Below the pieces are notes generated by a model, which made no database searches, had not been told where the DNA came from, and was given only the letters and a program-made list of their open reading frames with translations. A DNA stretch of 64,000 nucleotides from Octopus vulgaris. Lineage: Eukaryota. Shown here piece by piece: positions 60,511 through 64,000 of this stretch (position 1 is the stretch's first letter; the number at the start of each line of letters is the position of its first letter). Where the stretch lies: positions 20,150,001 through 20,214,000 of the forward strand of contig OX597836.1 of the NCBI GenBank assembly GCA_951406725.2. The letters run 5' to 3'. The translations under genes were made by a program, and so were the position numbers.

Positions 60511-62218
60511 AATATTTCAAGCTCTTTCCAATTAAAACATAATTGTTCTTTCTTTCCTTTTTATTTTTGCATTCTAAACTCCTTGACTATTTTTCTTGGG
60601 CTAAAGGTATCTATAGCATTTTTTAAAACATTTTTGGTAGATCTGTGTTTCACTGTAACATTGTTGTAAATACTTTTATTCATATCCAATCTTTTAAAAA
60701 ATTTCTTCACATTAATATTCTATGTTGTTATTCAGAAGATATTATCCAAGCTCCACTTTACTATATATACACACATTCTCACACGCACATTGCAGTTCAC
60801 CTTTTGGTTATCACAGCTTAACTATCACCAGTGTCAATGTTTTTAGTCAAATGTTGTCAGCAATTCACTTTTCACTCCAATCTAAATGCAAGCTCTCTCA
60901 CTCTATGGTATGGAAATGTTGCATTCTTTAAAAATCTTGCTTTAATGTGCAATTCTTTAATGGAAACTTGTTTCCCCAAGAGCTTCCATATTGCATGAAA
61001 CCAATGAGGAAATAAGTTTTGCATTACAAAATTCCATGTTATGGCATAAATTCCAGGAATGCAACAATTTCGTAGCGTTGAGGTGTTTGTCTTGTAGTTT
61101 CACTTTCCCTTTTAAAAATCAATATTTCACCAATAAGTACTTTTTTTAGGTTTTTGATGGTGATATTTTACTGGTTGATTTACACTTTTGAAGGTCTGTG
61201 GATTGAAAAAAATCCCTTACTTGGAAATTGGTGCCCCTTTCAATATTACCTTGATAAAACAGGTATTAACTCTTGTTGCTTTTTTCAAATAATACAAGTC
61301 TTGCCAACACAGACTGTCACCAATCTCCTTGGATTTATCTGATATATTAATTTTTAACATTCCGTTAAAAGTTAAGAACTATTAAGGGTTGGCATCAGAA
61401 TGTGCATCTAATCTTAAAATCTGGCTTCAAAATAAACTCTCATCCAGCCTATGGCTGTTTGGAAAACAGGTTTTATTTCTTAACATCCTGTTGAAAGTTT
61501 TTCTAAGTCAAAAATTCAGTTTTGTAAAGATTTTATCGTAGAAAAAAAAAAACAAAAAAAAAAATGATAGAAAAATTAATTGAAGTTTTCTACTTTGTAT
61601 ATTCTTCAAAATGAATGTAAACAAGGTTAGTACAATTCTTGCGATATCATGCATTTCAGGATTGGCTAACCAATGCAGTCCCATGTCGTACTGTATCTTA
61701 TAGGAAGTTAAGAGTTAAACAGAATGTGCAAAAGAATTTTATGCTGTGGAGTTTCTAGTGACTAGGGTCTAGAAGCACAATGAAACTTTGTGACACTTCA
61801 TAGTACACAGCATTATAAAAGAAATAAATGAAATCTAAAGTTAAGTTTCTAGGTGTTCCTAAATGGTTAAAGCTATTCTTCCCACAATACATTGTGCAGG
61901 TGATGTGTTGTGTTTTTGAGCAAAACATTTCATTTCACTTACTTCAGCCCACTCAGCTGGTAAAAGTGAGTAATCATGCAATAGACTGGCATTGTGTCCA
62001 ATGAAGAATATATATATATATATATATTGCATAGCAAGTACATCTGAGATCGTGTGCTGGAACGAAAACAATTGCAGCATGGAAGGTGTTTATAAGCCAT
62101 TTAAGAAACACACAAAAACTGTTAAGATTCACTTCAACATTTAAATTTAATTTGTTAAAATATTTTCTTCACTTTGAGACCACGACCTGTTCACTGACAA
62201 AACTTCGTGCTGCATCTC

Positions 62219-62258
<40 letters not shown>

Positions 62259-62467
62259 GACGGAGAAACCAGGAAACTGGCTCTATGCTCCTTACAGCAT
62301 AATGTGGACTAACCAGTCTGATGCAATCATTCAGACAATGTCTCCTGTTTTAGAACCCCTTCCTTCTTCCCTCCCATCTTGGAGGCCCTGTAAAGAGTCA
62401 CGGACACAACCATTCCCTCTTGATTAAGAGATTAAAAGAAAAAGAAGCAATGACAACAAATCGAGTT

Positions 62468-62648
62468 ACTTGGTAAACAAGTGCAACTCCAAGCAAGCTA
62501 CTTGATTGTATTCAGTAAATGTATAATGTAAACAAAACCTGCCATGTTTTTAAGTCCAGAATAAAGTCACTTGGTAAACGAGTGCAGCTCTTTGGAGTGA
62601 GTTTGATTATGTTCAGTAAAATGTACGATGAAAGTGAAACCTACTATT
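62468..62648. repeat. Old ~100-bp tandem duplication
   Basis: acttggtaaacRagtgcaRctc..ttgatt..ttcagtaaa..aaacct occurs at ~62468 and ~62569. Confidence 0.7.
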
Positions 62649-63284
62649 ACCATACCATGAGTGCATGATACTGATATGTATAATTGTTACAAGTTTTGTT
62701 TGTTAACGGAGACTTCAGTTGGTGTGGTGAAGTATTTAGTTCTACAGAACACCGAGTGCTTCCCACCCAAAATATGAGAAACTTAATGTTAGTATATGAA
62801 AACATATTTAAACTTTCACTGTACAGGAATTTCACTAAGGAATGTGTTTGGCTACCAAATTATGTCAATGTTGACCTTTTTTTTTTTTACATTACATCAG
62901 ATATGGTGTAGCCTGTTGTGTTTTGTTATGGGAATTTGTAAACAACTACACAGACTTTATAGAAATCTTATGTTGTTAAGCACTTGGCTCAAAAATATTG
63001 GGGGTCATTTATTCCAAATGCATTTAGGTTTTATAAACCTTCTGAACACTGATGCCCCTATTTTAATATTGAAGTACAGACATGGCTATAAAGGAAGATG
63101 CTTGCTTCCCAACCACATTGTTCCAGGTTCAATGGAAGAACATTGTAGAAAATGAAGGAGATTATATATTTTAGATTAAAAAAGAACTTTATCTTAATTT
63201 TGAAAAATAAAAGAAGTTTAAAAAAAAAGCAGCATTATTTATGAGATGACCCAATATCTTTGATTCTTTTATATCATGCATCAA

Positions 63285-63595
63285 CACTGCTGTTCATTTG
63301 CTAGTACAGCATGGTAGATTGCCTTTGACAGTCTATCCCCGTCAGGCAGTCTGACATTTCCACCCCAACACAGATGGATTTGCTCAAGTATGACAAACTT
63401 TAGGATTTCTCTATTGGGAATTTTACCCTGATGTTTAGATTTTTCTTATGCAAGACGTGTGGAAATAGTTAAATCTTTTAGCAAGGGACTGGTATGCTGT
63501 CCAAGTTTCCATGTCATAGAGGATAGCTGGAATGATGACAGTTTTGTAAAATTTAATTCTGGTATCTATGCAAATACCTGGGCTGTGCCACAGTC
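63285..63595 (-). mobile_element. Decayed RTE/BovB-like LINE fragment (region C-terminal to RT)
   Basis: Minus strand LWHSPGICIDTRIKFYKTVIIPAILYDMETWTAYQSLAKRFNYFHTSCIRKI..KIPNREIL..LCWGGNV..RLSKAIY matches the RTE LLYGxETW / LRWxGHV / RLPK pattern. Confidence 0.85.
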
Positions 63596-64000
63596 AATAC
63601 CATGTGTGTTTGTGTGTATTTTGCCGCTGTATATCAGTGGTGATTATAAAACATTGGTAAGACAAAAAAAAAAATTAAAAAAAATTGAGTGCTTTACAGC
63701 TAAAGTCCTTTGGGATATTTGTTCTGCTATAAAATACAGACTCTCCCTTATCACTATTGATATCAGATATGCAGTGAAGCAGTGATTGGCCCATTGCAAA
63801 TCTGTAGCAATCAGCACTGTTGTTACATCAATTTTGATATGAAATTAATGAATAATTAATAAAAAGATCCTACATAAAGTGAAAGGAATTTATATGAGGA
63901 AGACAAAAGGAAGGCAATATTCACTGTGACTTCATTCAAAGATATGTAGAAGAGCCTCAGTTAACAACTTCTTCCAACCAATCAAAGAGCTGAGAACTTA

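Overview
AT-rich, microsatellite-dense eukaryotic DNA, almost entirely intronic or intergenic. The SINE, MITE and (TA)n/(CA)n landscape looks like a coleoid cephalopod (Octopus-type) genome; this is an inference from repeat content only. Only one host coding exon is well supported: a 117-nt phase-1/phase-1 exon (34025-34141, +) encoding an LDL-receptor class A module that lacks the C1-C3 cysteine pair. Nearly all ORFs in the supplied track are artefacts of microsatellites or SINEs. The rest is mobile DNA: four SINE or SINE-like families (three with visible tRNA-like heads), two families of TTAA-flanked piggyBac-type MITEs of about 220 bp, a non-autonomous Helitron, a mariner relic, fragments of RTE, CR1/L2 and R4/Dong-like LINEs, and several minisatellites and local duplications. 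The most interesting signal is a set of at least four unrelated short elements carrying minimal type-I hammerhead-ribozyme (HHR)-like motifs of the kind associated with Penelope-like elements. Three of them occur as fold-back inverted duplications, and one (8838-9252) has a tRNA-like Pol III head between its arms, suggesting a hammerhead-bearing SINE mobilised by Penelope-like machinery. All alignments, coordinates and folds were made by eye; family names need database confirmation.
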